Below, in pieces: positions 1 through 8,687 of a stretch of 37,278 nt of DNA. Location: positions 1 to 37,278 of the forward strand of contig JAZRLJ010000002.1 in assembly GCA_045646755.1 (NCBI GenBank), given 5' to 3'. Made by a program: the position numbers and the translations under genes. The stretch comes from Eubacteriales bacterium (GTDB lineage: Bacteria > Bacillota > Clostridia > Oscillospirales > CAG-272). Positions within the stretch are counted from its first letter, which is position 1, and each line of letters begins with the position of its first letter. The notes beneath the pieces were generated by a model. The model did not search any database, had not been told where the DNA came from, and saw only the letters and a program-made list of their open reading frames with translations.

Positions 1-360
1 GAAGGTATCTTTTATTTTTCGTATGATATCCGGTGAATGTTCTATGAGAGAGGTGATTTTTTCAAATGATTTATCCTTATCGGGATTTATTTGTATGAGG
101 TTTATCTCTGCGTTTTTTCCTATAGTGAGGAAAGCTATCGGCGTTATAGAGACTCCGCTTCCACTGCCGCTGCCAAAATTTTGTGCTCCTACAAGCTTTT
201 TAATACCAAAATCAACACCGCCTCCTGCAAAACCTACAGATACCTTGGAGACGGGGATTACCGTAACTCCGGAGGGGGTGTGAATTGCGTTTCCAACAAC
301 CGTCTGCATATCGGTAAAGCTGCGTACACCTTCAAGTGAAGAACGGATAATATCACTCAT
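1..360 (-). CDS. ytfJ: Sporulation protein YtfJ / GerW family (partial; C-terminus runs off the left edge)
   Basis: Hand translation of the minus strand from ATG 360..358 gives MSDIIRSSLEGVRSFTDMQTVVGNAIHTPSGVTVIPVSKVSVGFAGGGVDFG...GSGSGSGVSITPIAFLTIGKN, open to position 1. This matches the YtfJ pattern as I remember it (MSD..., VSKVSFGFAAGG, GGVSITPIAFL). It is absent from the ORF track because it has no stop in the window. The + ORFs 23..283 and 91..339 are its shadows. Confidence 0.8.
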   Translation of the reverse strand, partial: MSDIIRSSLEGVRSFTDMQTVVGNAIHTPSGVTVIPVSKVSVGFAGGGVDFGIKKLVGAQNFGSGSGSGVSITPIAFLTIGKNAEINLIQINPDKDKSFEKITSLIEHSPDIIRKIKDTF

Positions 361-364
361 TTTA

Positions 365-910
365 TTATCGGACAATTTTTACATTCCTACCTTTTTTAAT
401 TATTACATTAAGCAAAAAGACTAAAAATGCAAATATAACATTACAAAAACGAGTTGAAAATTCAAGATCAAGCCTGATAGTGTCCGAATTTTCTGTTTGC
501 GAGCTTATTGGATTTATCGTAGCGGTTTTTGATACAGTATAAAAAAACGAGCAAATATATAAAGCTATGGCGGTCTCTATTTCGTCTGAAAGAAATTGAG
601 TATGAGGGAATGAGCTTTTAGCATTTACAAAGTCAAGTTTTGTTATTTTTGTGTTAGTTCGTCTGAAAAGAAAGGCAAGTGCCATGTTGATTGGCGACAG
701 GAAAAAAAGAAGCCTGTTTGTACGCTTTATAAGCTTCTTTTTCTTAATTTTTGCTTTTTGAAAATTATATAATAGGAGAACAAACGGAAAATATTCTACG
801 CTGACGAAAAATCCTGTTTTAAATTCTATTCTTATCGATACTGTCTGGTATAGCATAAGAAGAATAATTGCAGTGACTGTCAAAACGAGGAATATTTCCG
901 CTTTTTGCAT
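365..910 (-). CDS. Small membrane protein, probably DUF2953 / YtfI-like
   Basis: 181-aa ORF with a hydrophobic N-terminal segment and a lysine-rich stretch (KAKIKKKKLIKR). Its ATG abuts the scpB stop (910/911) and it ends 4 nt before the ytfJ start. The position between scpB and ytfJ is where YtfI/DUF2953 genes usually sit in spore-forming Firmicutes. The family assignment rests on synteny only. Confidence 0.5.
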   Translation of the reverse strand: MQKAEIFLVLTVTAIILLMLYQTVSIRIEFKTGFFVSVEYFPFVLLLYNFQKAKIKKKKLIKRTNRLLFFLSPINMALAFLFRRTNTKITKLDFVNAKSSFPHTQFLSDEIETAIALYICSFFYTVSKTATINPISSQTENSDTIRLDLEFSTRFCNVIFAFLVFLLNVIIKKGRNVKIVR

Positions 911-1702
911 TTACTGTAAATCCTCTAGTATATCATCCTCTGCTGAGGGCTCATCGTCAACGCTTACGAAATCGGATATAGTCTCTTCCTTGATTTCGTC
1001 TTCTTTTTCATTTTCATTCAACTTTTCCGTCAAGGGTAGTATTTCCAACTGCTCAGCATTTAATTCCTCTTCCGTATTAGAAAGCTTGGTTTTTGAGAAA
1101 ACCTCTGAAATATCTTCGCCGGGGCGGGGGAGATCTTCAATTGAATTTATACCGAAGGAGCGGAGAAAGTCCGAGGTAGTTCCGTAAAGCATAGGTCTGC
1201 CGGGAACGTCAAGTCTGCCCTTACATTCTATAAGACCGCGGTCAATAAGACTGTTCATCGCGTAGGATGAGTCCACCTTACGAAGAGTATCAACGAAAAT
1301 TCTTGTGACCGGCTGATTGTACGCGACTATAGCGAGAGTTTCAAGAGCAGACGTTGAGAGTGTACCGCTTTTCTTTATTCCGAGAGCCTCTCTGATTTCG
1401 GCAAGGTAATGCTGCTTTGTGCAGAGCTGACAGGAATCGGAATATGTGAGCAGCAAAACGCCTCTCGGAATTTCGGAATTGTTGTATTTGAGAGAGTAGT
1501 CAAGGACTGTATCTCTTATTTTAGAGGGTGTCGTTTCAAATACCCTTGCAAGAGTAGCGTAGGAAATAGGATGGCCTGCTGCAAAGAGAATTGCCTCTAT
1601 CGCTTCTTCTGTGACAATATGTCTCTCAGGCTCAATTGAGGTTGCTTCGTCAACTGTATTTTCAAGAGCTTCTGCTTGCTCGTTAATTACTTCGTTAGTC
1701 AT
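911..1702 (-). CDS. scpB: Segregation and condensation protein B (ScpB) with an acidic C-terminal extension
   Basis: EAILFAAGHPISYATLARVF, AIVAYNQPVTR and GRLDVPGRPMLYGTT are typical ScpB winged-helix motifs. It lies directly downstream of scpA. 263 aa. Confidence 0.9.
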   Translation of the reverse strand: MTNEVINEQAEALENTVDEATSIEPERHIVTEEAIEAILFAAGHPISYATLARVFETTPSKIRDTVLDYSLKYNNSEIPRGVLLLTYSDSCQLCTKQHYLAEIREALGIKKSGTLSTSALETLAIVAYNQPVTRIFVDTLRKVDSSYAMNSLIDRGLIECKGRLDVPGRPMLYGTTSDFLRSFGINSIEDLPRPGEDISEVFSKTKLSNTEEELNAEQLEILPLTEKLNENEKEDEIKEETISDFVSVDDEPSAEDDILEDLQ

Positions 1703-1706
1703 AGCC

Positions 1707-2537
1707 TTAGTTTACTCCGTTATCATTTTCGTTACTGTCGTTGTTGGTTGAGTCAAACTCGCTCTCGGTAGTTTCCGCCTGAACGTAATCGGGATTAAGC
1801 TTAAATTTCATATCAAGACCCGATTCTTCGTATTCGGCAACGTCTTCTACAAAGTGAACGGTTGTAATGGTAATTCTGTGTATTTTTATAAGCTCAAGTA
1901 CACCCATAAATCTTGCGATAAGCTCAGAGCGAGATTCGGAATTTTTGAGAAGGAAGAAAAGGGAACATTCTTCGTTTTCGGTAAGCATTTCACAAATTTC
2001 TTCTATCTTTTCTTCAACCGATACGATTTTGTGCTTTATAAGGGGATTTACGAGCTCTGTAGGAGTCCTCTCGGACTGAGCTACTCTGACTCTTCGCATT
2101 ATAGAGTTAAGCGCTTTTATCAAAAGGTCGGAGTCGAGATTGAGCGGCAATCCCTTTTCCGGAGGTATGTCGTCCGTACCTTTCGTATATCTTGCAGAAA
2201 ATTCGTCATACATAGGGCGCATTTCCTGCGCAGCAAGCTTTGCCTGCTGGTATAGAAGAAGGGCGTCTGCAATCTCGCGTCTGGGGTCATTTTCAGTACC
2301 TTCCTCGTGAGGAAGAAGCATTCTGCTCTTGATAAGCATAAGCTCGCTTGCCATAACGATAAATTCACTTGCAATATCAAGGTCCATCTTCTGAGCCTCG
2401 TCGATATATTGCATATACTGATCGCATATAAGGGCAATCGGAATGTCGGTTATACTTACTTTGTTTTTGCTTATGAGCATCAGCAGAAGGTCAAGAGGAC
2501 CCTCGAACTGATCCAGACGGTAGGTAAGCTCTGTCAT
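1707..2537 (-). CDS. scpA: Segregation and condensation protein A (ScpA kleisin)
   Basis: The N-terminus LDQFEGPLDLLLMLISKNKVSITDIPIALICDQY is the canonical ScpA motif. 276 aa, followed 4 nt later by scpB. Confidence 0.9.
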   Translation of the reverse strand: MTELTYRLDQFEGPLDLLLMLISKNKVSITDIPIALICDQYMQYIDEAQKMDLDIASEFIVMASELMLIKSRMLLPHEEGTENDPRREIADALLLYQQAKLAAQEMRPMYDEFSARYTKGTDDIPPEKGLPLNLDSDLLIKALNSIMRRVRVAQSERTPTELVNPLIKHKIVSVEEKIEEICEMLTENEECSLFFLLKNSESRSELIARFMGVLELIKIHRITITTVHFVEDVAEYEESGLDMKFKLNPDYVQAETTESEFDSTNNDSNENDNGVN

Positions 2538-2558
2538 TGGTTGTACCTCTGAAGTTTT

Positions 2559-3302
2559 TTAATACTTTAAGAATGGAATCAATCCCCAGAAATCCAGCAT
2601 AAGCTCGGATATAAAGGAAATTACGTAGGATAGAATGTCGGAAAGTGAGAATATTTTTGCGACAAACGCAAGAAAAGGAGTTCCCGCGATAAACGGAATT
2701 CTGAGTAGCGCGTCCGATACCACGTAGCCGAAAAAGAGCCATCCTATCAATGTAAAATAAATGGTTCTTTCATACTTCATTACCTTGAAATAGGCTTTGG
2801 GCGGAAGAACTGAATATAAAATTCTGGAGCCGTCGAGCGGCGGAATCGGAATGAGATTGAATATCGCAAGACCGACATTTATCATTTGAAGAATAAAGAG
2901 AAAATCCAAGGTGTTCTGCGCAAGCTGGAGCCCGAAATTGCTTGCAAACGAGACGTCTCTTAATAACGCGTACGCGAGAAGATAAATGAATGAGGTGAAA
3001 AACGCTACTATGAGGTTTGACAAAGGACCGGCAAGCGCCGAAATTGCAAAACCGCGCTTAGGATCTCTGAAATTTCTTGCGTTGATCGGAACAGGCTTTG
3101 CCCAACCGAATCTGAACAGAATCATACATAAAGCGCCGATAGGATCAAGGTGCTTTATCGGGTTAAGGGATAGCCTTCCCATATTCCTTGCAGTGTTGTC
3201 TCCAAGCTTATATGCAGCAAGGGCGTGAGAGAATTCGTGTATTGACAGTGTGATGAGCGTAGCCAGTGCTGACAGAATTAACAATCTTATATCTGTAATC
3301 AT
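2559..3302 (-). CDS. Site-2 protease family (peptidase M50) membrane metalloprotease
   Basis: HEFSHALAA (HExxH) lies in the first TM region and NLIPIPPLDGSRI (NxxPxxxLDG) lies later. The protein is polytopic and hydrophobic, 247 aa. Confidence 0.8.
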   Translation of the reverse strand: MITDIRLLILSALATLITLSIHEFSHALAAYKLGDNTARNMGRLSLNPIKHLDPIGALCMILFRFGWAKPVPINARNFRDPKRGFAISALAGPLSNLIVAFFTSFIYLLAYALLRDVSFASNFGLQLAQNTLDFLFILQMINVGLAIFNLIPIPPLDGSRILYSVLPPKAYFKVMKYERTIYFTLIGWLFFGYVVSDALLRIPFIAGTPFLAFVAKIFSLSDILSYVISFISELMLDFWGLIPFLKY

Positions 3303-3336
3303 AGGTAAAACCCTCTTTTGTTTTGAATTTAAGATT

Positions 3337-3936
3337 TTAATTTACAGCGTCAAATATCTTTTTCCAGACCTCGTCCTTTCCAGTACGTGTGACGGAAGAG
3401 AAGGGAATCAGTTCTATGCCTGTTCCTGAAAAATAATTTTTATCAAGTGAGTCAAGAGCTTCAGTCAACTGAGCCTTTGAAAGCTTGTCGGTTTTTGTGC
3501 ATACTACGGTGAATGGAATTCCCATTTCAATAAGCCAGTTTATCATCATAATATCGTCCTCTGTAGGACCTGTGCGTATGTCGATAAGCTGGATTACAAG
3601 CTTGAGAGCATCGGCGGACGGATTCTTGAGAAAGAAGTCCTCGGTAAGCGAGCTCCATACCTTTTTTGATTCCTTGGAGCGCTTCGCATAGCCGTATCCG
3701 GGCAAATCGACAAGATACATTTTCTTATCTATGCCGTAGTAGTTTATAGTTATGGTTTTTCCGGGTGAGGAAGAGACTCTTGCCAGAGATTTTCTTCCAA
3801 GCAACGTGTTAATTAGTGAGCTTTTTCCTACGTTAGAGCGTCCTGAAAGAGCCACCTGCGGCTTAGGATCTTTCGGAAATTGCCTGGATGCTCCCACGGT
3901 AGTGAACAACTCTGCGTTATTGATGTTTATTTTCAT
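3337..3936 (-). CDS. engB: Ribosome biogenesis GTP-binding protein EngB (YsxC/YihA)
   Basis: G1 GRSNVGKSSLIN, G3 DLPGYGYA, G4 CTKTDKL. Located immediately downstream of lon, as in Bacillus subtilis lonA-ysxC. Confidence 0.9.
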   Translation of the reverse strand: MKININNAELFTTVGASRQFPKDPKPQVALSGRSNVGKSSLINTLLGRKSLARVSSSPGKTITINYYGIDKKMYLVDLPGYGYAKRSKESKKVWSSLTEDFFLKNPSADALKLVIQLIDIRTGPTEDDIMMINWLIEMGIPFTVVCTKTDKLSKAQLTEALDSLDKNYFSGTGIELIPFSSVTRTGKDEVWKKIFDAVN

Positions 3937-3945
3937 ATCGTTACC

Positions 3946-6273
3946 TTATCTGATAAGAGCGTTTGATAAAACGTCCTCTGCGGTTTTGCATGGAATGAAG
4001 GTGAGGTTTTCACGAGCTTCCTTATCAACCTCGTCAAGATCTCTTATATTGTCGTGAGGGATAAGAACTGTTTTGATTCCCGAGCGGTATGCCGCAAGAG
4101 TTTTTTCTTTAAGTCCTCCTATAGCGAGCACCTTTCCTCTAAGTGTAATTTCACCGGTCATTGCCACGTCTCGTCTTACGGGGATATTGCTGAGTGCACT
4201 GACTATTGCCGTAACCATAGTTACACCTGCAGAAGGACCGTCTTTTGGAATTGCTCCTTCGGGAAAATGAATGTGAATGTCTGTATTTTTATTGAATTTA
4301 GGGTCGATAGAGTATTTGTTTGCTATCGTGCGCACGAAGGAGTGAGCAATTTTTGCAGATTCCTTCATAACGTCGCCGAGCGATCCTGTAAGCTCGATTT
4401 TTCCGTCACCCTCCATAGTGGCAACCTCAACCTTAAGAAGATCTCCTCCGGTTTGAGTATAGGCAAGTCCGTTTACTATTCCAACCTTGTTTTCAGCCTC
4501 GGGGAGCTCGGGAATAACCTTTCTCTTTCCAAGAAATTCCTGAACGTTTTTATCTGAGATAGTTACTGATTTAGCTCCGGTTTCGGCGATTTTCTTAGCT
4601 CCTTTTCTTATGAGAGAAGCTATCTCGCGTTCAAGGTTTCTGACACCAGCTTCTTTCGTGTAGTCCTTTATAAGTGAAAGTATAGCCGAATCCTTGATTT
4701 TTATCTGAGATTTGGTCATGCCGTTTCTCTTGAGCTGCTTTCTGATAAGATGATTCTTTGCAATAGCAATTTTTTCGGAATCGGTGTAGGTTGAAAGCTC
4801 AATTACTTCCATTCTGTCCAGCAGAGGCATAGGAATTGAAGAGTAGCTGTTAGCTGTAGCGATAAACATAACGTCGGAAAGGTCAATAGGAATTTCCATA
4901 AAGTTATCGCGGAAGAACTTGTTTTGCTCAGGGTCAAGCACTTCGAGAAGTGCGGAGGTGGGATCACCTCTGAAATCGTGAGCCAATTTATCAATTTCGT
5001 CAAGCACTATTACAGGGTTTTCTACCTTTGCGTTTATGAGTGCGGAGACGATTCTTCCTGGCATAGCGCCAACGTAGGTTTTTCTGTGTCCTCTGATTTC
5101 GGCTTCATCGTGCATACCGCCAAGAGAAACTCTCGAATACTTACGCTTGAGAGCTTTTGCTACAGAAGCGGCAACAGAGGTTTTTCCTACACCGGGAGGG
5201 CCTACAAGACATATAATCTGATTTTTAACGTTGGGGGAGAATTGCTTTACAGCAACGAATTCGAGAATTCGTTCCTTTACTTTTTCAAGACCGTCATGGT
5301 CGGTGTCAAGTTGCGCTCTTGCTTCGTCAACTGTAACCGATTCGTGTGTTTTTTTACCGAAAGGAAAGTCAAGACAAGTGTCGAGATATGAGCGCAGTAC
5401 GGTGCTTTCCGCTGCGCCAAATGGAGTTTTAGCGAGCTTTGAGAGTTCTTTATAAAGTTTTTCCTTTATATCATCAGGCATAGATGCCGACGCTATACGC
5501 TCTTCGTATTCCTTTATTTCGTCGTCCTCGTCTTCGCCAAGCTCAGACTGTATCGCTTTAATCTGCTCTCTGAGAAAATAATCTTTCTGATTTCTGTCTA
5601 TCTTCTCTCTGACCTGCATTTGAATAGAATGCTCGGTTTCAAGGAGCATCGACTCCTCTTCAAGTGCCCAAAGCAGCTTTTCAAGTCTTATTTTGGGAAG
5701 GAATGTTTCGAGTACAGTCTGCTTATTTTTATAATCTATTACCGCCGACGATGCAACAAAATCCGCAAGGTAAGCGGGGTCGCTTATAGCTTCGGCGGAA
5801 AGGCGCATATCCTCTGTGAAAGTAGGATGTATATCCTTTATTAAATTGAGCTTATTCTTTATTTCACGCATCAAAGCATCTATCTGAGGAGTCACCGAGC
5901 TCTTTGTCGGCTTTCTTACGGTTGCTGTTGCAGTGATAAAGGTTTGAGTGGTATCAAACGCAGCAATCTTTGCCCTTGCGATGCCTTCGAATATAACGTT
6001 AAGAGTGCCCTGAGGGTTCTTAACAACGTGTTTTATTTCTGCCAATACTCCGGTGCGGTAAAGGTCTGTTTCCGAGGGATTGTCCACGTCGACCTCTTTT
6101 TGCGCAACGAGGAGTATTTTTGCATCGTGAAGTGTTGCTGATGCAGTGAACGCCTTCAGGGATAGCGGTCTTGCAATTTCTATATTAAGCTGAACTGCAG
6201 GGAAGCCTACTATTCCTCTGAGCGGAAGCACCGGAAGATTTACGTCCATATATGTATTGTTGTTCTCTTGCAT
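3946..6273 (-). CDS. lon: ATP-dependent Lon protease (LonA type)
   Basis: 775 aa. N-terminal LON domain, Walker [10 protein letters not shown], catalytic serine context [11 protein letters not shown], and the lysine region [19 protein letters not shown]. Confidence 0.95.
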   Translation of the reverse strand: MQENNNTYMDVNLPVLPLRGIVGFPAVQLNIEIARPLSLKAFTASATLHDAKILLVAQKEVDVDNPSETDLYRTGVLAEIKHVVKNPQGTLNVIFEGIARAKIAAFDTTQTFITATATVRKPTKSSVTPQIDALMREIKNKLNLIKDIHPTFTEDMRLSAEAISDPAYLADFVASSAVIDYKNKQTVLETFLPKIRLEKLLWALEEESMLLETEHSIQMQVREKIDRNQKDYFLREQIKAIQSELGEDEDDEIKEYEERIASASMPDDIKEKLYKELSKLAKTPFGAAESTVLRSYLDTCLDFPFGKKTHESVTVDEARAQLDTDHDGLEKVKERILEFVAVKQFSPNVKNQIICLVGPPGVGKTSVAASVAKALKRKYSRVSLGGMHDEAEIRGHRKTYVGAMPGRIVSALINAKVENPVIVLDEIDKLAHDFRGDPTSALLEVLDPEQNKFFRDNFMEIPIDLSDVMFIATANSYSSIPMPLLDRMEVIELSTYTDSEKIAIAKNHLIRKQLKRNGMTKSQIKIKDSAILSLIKDYTKEAGVRNLEREIASLIRKGAKKIAETGAKSVTISDKNVQEFLGKRKVIPELPEAENKVGIVNGLAYTQTGGDLLKVEVATMEGDGKIELTGSLGDVMKESAKIAHSFVRTIANKYSIDPKFNKNTDIHIHFPEGAIPKDGPSAGVTMVTAIVSALSNIPVRRDVAMTGEITLRGKVLAIGGLKEKTLAAYRSGIKTVLIPHDNIRDLDEVDKEARENLTFIPCKTAEDVLSNALIR

Positions 6274-6320
6274 TACTAAAAACTACCTCTAAACTGAATT
6301 TGAATATAAAAATACATTTT

Positions 6321-6329
6321 ATTATAACA
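6321..6329 (-). promoter_or_regulatory. Candidate extended -10 (TGtTATAAT) for lon
   Basis: The minus strand reads TGTTATAAT about 48 nt upstream of the lon ATG, in a very AT-rich spacer. I found no good -35, and no CIRCE or CtsR operator. Confidence 0.3.
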
Positions 6330-6425
6330 CAGTAAAATAAAAAAATCTATAGCAAACGTAAAAAAATAAAATAAATTTTGTCTAGCATAAAAAAATAAAA
6401 AAGTTGGAATTTTTTTAAAAAGCAC

Positions 6426-6454
6426 TTGACAAACCCTACATGTTGTGATATACT
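6426..6454 (+). promoter_or_regulatory. Sigma-A type promoter of the infC-rpmI-rplT operon
   Basis: TTGACA (6426..6431), a 17-nt spacer ending in TGa, then TATACT (6449..6454). An A/T-rich UP-like tract (ggaatttttttaaaaagca) lies just upstream. Confidence 0.6.
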
Positions 6455-6609
6455 TACGGGGTAGAAGCAAGACTTCACTAACAAGTAGAATTTCCGTTCT
6501 CACCATACCACTCGAGTGCGTATGGTTAATACATCGCTCCATCTTAGGAGTTTTTGTGTGCGTACGGAGATTCTCTGTATGCATTTTTTGTTTTCGGAGG
6601 TACAAAACA
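6455..6609 (+). promoter_or_regulatory. Structured 5' leader of infC, consistent with a ribosomal protein L20 leader (attenuator)
   Basis: About 150 nt of untranslated leader between the promoter and the infC start. It contains the hairpin 6502..6526 (ACCATAC...GTATGGT around the palindrome CACTCGAGTG) and a terminator hairpin at 6559..6594. In Firmicutes this operon is known to be controlled by L20 binding to such a leader. The family assignment was not verified by a covariance model. Confidence 0.5.
6559..6594 (+). terminator. Intrinsic terminator (attenuator) inside the infC leader
   Basis: An 11-bp stem (UGCGUACGGAG / CUCUGUAUGCA, including 2 G-U pairs) with a 3-nt loop, followed by TTTTTTGTTTT. 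The infC Shine-Dalgarno GGAGG starts 2 nt after the U-tract. Confidence 0.6.
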
Positions 6610-7143
6610 ATTAGCGCTAATAACAACAAGGATTTACTTGTCAACGAGGAAATTAAGGTTGCTGAGGTAAGAGTTCTCGGTCCTCAGAACGAGCAGGTGG
6701 GAATTATGAAGCTTGACGATGCTTTGACCTACGCCGCAAATAACGGTGTGGACCTTGTTCTTATCGTTCCTAACGCAACTCCCCCCGTATGCCGTGCTAT
6801 CGACTACGGAAAATTCTGCTTTGAGCGTGATAAGAGAGAAAAGGAAGCGAAGAAAAAGCAGGTTATCGTTAAGGTAAAAGAGGTTCAGCTCTCCTGCCGT
6901 ATTGAGCAGCATGATTTTGATACCAGAGTAAATCAAGCTAAAAAATTCCTTGCAGAAGGAAATAAAGTAAAAGCGGTAGTTCGTTTTAAGGGAAGAGAAA
7001 TGACTCACATGGAGCTCGGCCGCGAGGTTATTGAGAAGTTCCAGACTGCACTTGCAGGAGTCGGAGCGGCAGAAAAGAAGCCGTCTCTCGAGGGACGTTT
7101 TATGTCTATCGTCCTTTCCCCTGTAAAACAGGATAAAAAGTGA
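6610..7143 (+). CDS. infC: Translation initiation factor IF-3, starting at a non-canonical ATT codon
   Basis: The conserved IF-3 sequence begins at INEEIKVAEVRVLGPQNEQVGIM...DLVLIVPNATPPVCRAIDYGKF. GGAGG at 6596..6600 lies 9 nt before the in-frame ATT at 6610. No in-frame ATG, GTG or TTG lies between the SD and the conserved core. The track ORF start at 6445 (GTG) falls inside the promoter -10 and leader. Confidence 0.88.
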   Translation: MSANNNKDLLVNEEIKVAEVRVLGPQNEQVGIMKLDDALTYAANNGVDLVLIVPNATPPVCRAIDYGKFCFERDKREKEAKKKQVIVKVKEVQLSCRIEQHDFDTRVNQAKKFLAEGNKVKAVVRFKGREMTHMELGREVIEKFQTALAGVGAAEKKPSLEGRFMSIVLSPVKQDKK

Positions 7144-7200
7144 TTTCTTTCACTGCTAATTAAGTATTAAATAGGGTATAACCCAAGAAGGAGAATAATT

Positions 7201-7395
7201 ATGGGAAAAATCAAAACTCACAGAGCATCTGCAAAGAGATTTTCTCTTACCGGTAGCGGAAAAGTTAAGATGTCTCACAACAACCACCGTCACAATCTTG
7301 GTCACAAGACTTCTAAGCGTAAGAGAGGTCTTCGTAAGGGCGCTATTCTTAGCGAGTGCTTCGCGCCTACCTACAGAAACCTTATTCAGAAGTAA
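7201..7395 (+). CDS. rpmI: 50S ribosomal protein L35
   Basis: MGKIKTHRASAKRF...HNLGHKTSKRKR, 64 aa. AGGAG SD upstream. Sits between infC and rplT. Confidence 0.95.
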   Translation: MGKIKTHRASAKRFSLTGSGKVKMSHNNHRHNLGHKTSKRKRGLRKGAILSECFAPTYRNLIQK

Positions 7396-7429
7396 TAAGG
7401 CATTAAGAGAAAATTGGAGGAAAAGATAA

Positions 7430-7783
7430 ATGGCTAGAATTAAGGGCGCGCTTATGACGCGTAAAAGAAGAAAGAGCGTACTCAAGGCAGCTAAGGGCTA
7501 CTGGGGTTCAAAATCCAAGCATTTTAAGATGGCGAAGCAGGCTGTTCTCAAGAGCGGTCAGTACGCATTTATCGGACGTAAGCAGAAGAAGAGAAACATG
7601 CGTTCTCTTTGGATCGCAAGAATCAATGCTCAGGCAAAGGTTAACGGAATGAACTATTCCACCCTTATGCACGGTCTCAAGGTTGCAGGTATCGACCTTA
7701 ACCGTAAGATGCTTTCTGAGATTGCAGTTTCCGACAAGGATGCATTCGCAAAGCTCTGCGAAATGGCAAAGGCTGCACTTTAA
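7430..7783 (+). CDS. rplT: 50S ribosomal protein L20
   Basis: [39 protein letters not shown], 117 aa. GGAGG SD upstream. Confidence 0.95.
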   Translation: MARIKGALMTRKRRKSVLKAAKGYWGSKSKHFKMAKQAVLKSGQYAFIGRKQKKRNMRSLWIARINAQAKVNGMNYSTLMHGLKVAGIDLNRKMLSEIAVSDKDAFAKLCEMAKAAL

Positions 7784-7789
7784 TAAATT

Positions 7790-7825
7790 TCCCGGATTTC
7801 CTAATCGGCAATCCGGGACTTTTTA
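7790..7825 (+). terminator. Intrinsic terminator after rplT
   Basis: Stem CCCGGATT (7791..7798) pairs with AATCCGGG (7810..7817), followed by aCTTTTT. Confidence 0.75.
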
Positions 7826-7843
7826 CGTAAAGAAAGGATTAAT

Positions 7844-8674
7844 ATGATAATTAACAGCGAGATAATTTCGAGCAGACAGAATCCTATTGTGAAATGGGCA
7901 TCATCTCTCTCGGACAAAAAAAGCAGAGAAAAAAACGCTTCTTTCATTGCGGAAGGAGAGAAACTGTGCTTTGAAGCAGCGCTTAGCGACGTGCCTGTTT
8001 CACATATATTTGTGTCAGAAAGCAAGCGTGACACTATATTGCCGCGTATTAAGGAAGCATACTGCAGTTCTTTGTACGATGATACGAGAGTTATATGTCT
8101 TTCTGACAGCGCGTTTGAAAAAATTTCTACAGAAAAAGCGCCGCAAGGTATTATAATAATTATAAAATATCTTGACTTTTTCCGTAGAGTGGATATAATA
8201 TATAATGTAGACTTTTTTCTTTCTCCCAATGAAAGAGCAATAGCATTGTGTTCACTCAGAGATCCGAGCAACCTCGGAGCTGTTATCAGGAGCGCCGTAG
8301 CATTTGGCGTTGAGCATATAATTCTCAGCGCTGATTCTGCAGATCTTTATAATCCTAAGACCGTGAGAGCTGCTATGGGTGGTCTCTTCAAAATCAAGGC
8401 TTCAATAGTTTCCGATTTTTCCGGATTTGTCAAGGCTGCCAAAAAGGCAGGCAGACGCGTTTTTGCTGCCGAGCTCTCTGATAGCGCTATAGCTTTGAAC
8501 GAGGCAGACGTATCCTCTACGGATATATTCGTTATAGGAAACGAGGGACATGGAATTCCTCGTGGGGTTTCGCTCGAATGTGACAGGAGCGTTTTTATCC
8601 CGATTTCGTCGGATACCGAATCGCTTAACGCTGCCGTCGCTGCATCAATTCTTCTTTGGGAGCAGAGTAAATAA
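7844..8674 (+). CDS. TrmH/SpoU family RNA 2'-O-methyltransferase (YsgA-like)
   Basis: SpoU motifs LRDPSNLGAVIRSAVAFG, VIGNEGHGIP and ESLNAAVAASILLWE. The position after rplT parallels B. subtilis ysgA. Confidence 0.85.
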   Translation: MIINSEIISSRQNPIVKWASSLSDKKSREKNASFIAEGEKLCFEAALSDVPVSHIFVSESKRDTILPRIKEAYCSSLYDDTRVICLSDSAFEKISTEKAPQGIIIIIKYLDFFRRVDIIYNVDFFLSPNERAIALCSLRDPSNLGAVIRSAVAFGVEHIILSADSADLYNPKTVRAAMGGLFKIKASIVSDFSGFVKAAKKAGRRVFAAELSDSAIALNEADVSSTDIFVIGNEGHGIPRGVSLECDRSVFIPISSDTESLNAAVAASILLWEQSK

Positions 8675-8687
8675 ACCGGAGTTAAAA

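Noticed and set aside
23-339. Two plus-strand ORFs (86 aa and 82 aa) at the left edge
   Set aside because: The minus strand across the same bases encodes an uninterrupted YtfJ/GerW-like protein with a clear family pattern. The plus-strand ORFs are its shadows.
4054-5391. Plus-strand ORFs of 167 aa and 155 aa (4054..4557, 4924..5391) antisense to lon
   Set aside because: They lie entirely inside lon. They show no recognisable motifs, have Cys/Phe/Ser-rich composition typical of antisense frames, and lack ribosome-binding sites.
6276-6644. 122-aa minus-strand ORF in the lon-infC spacer, and the 5' extension of the infC track ORF (6445..6609)
   Set aside because: The minus ORF spans the AT-rich promoter/UP region and the infC leader and has no SD. 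The infC extension starts at a GTG just upstream of the -10 hexamer and reads through a terminator hairpin. The conserved IF-3 sequence only begins after 6610.
8550-8687. Longer DprA start (track ORF from 8550) and longer RNase III start (14607)
   Set aside because: Both extensions overlap the preceding gene by 38-125 nt. They add non-conserved residues and lack an SD, while the internal ATGs (8688, 14664) give homologue-like N-termini.
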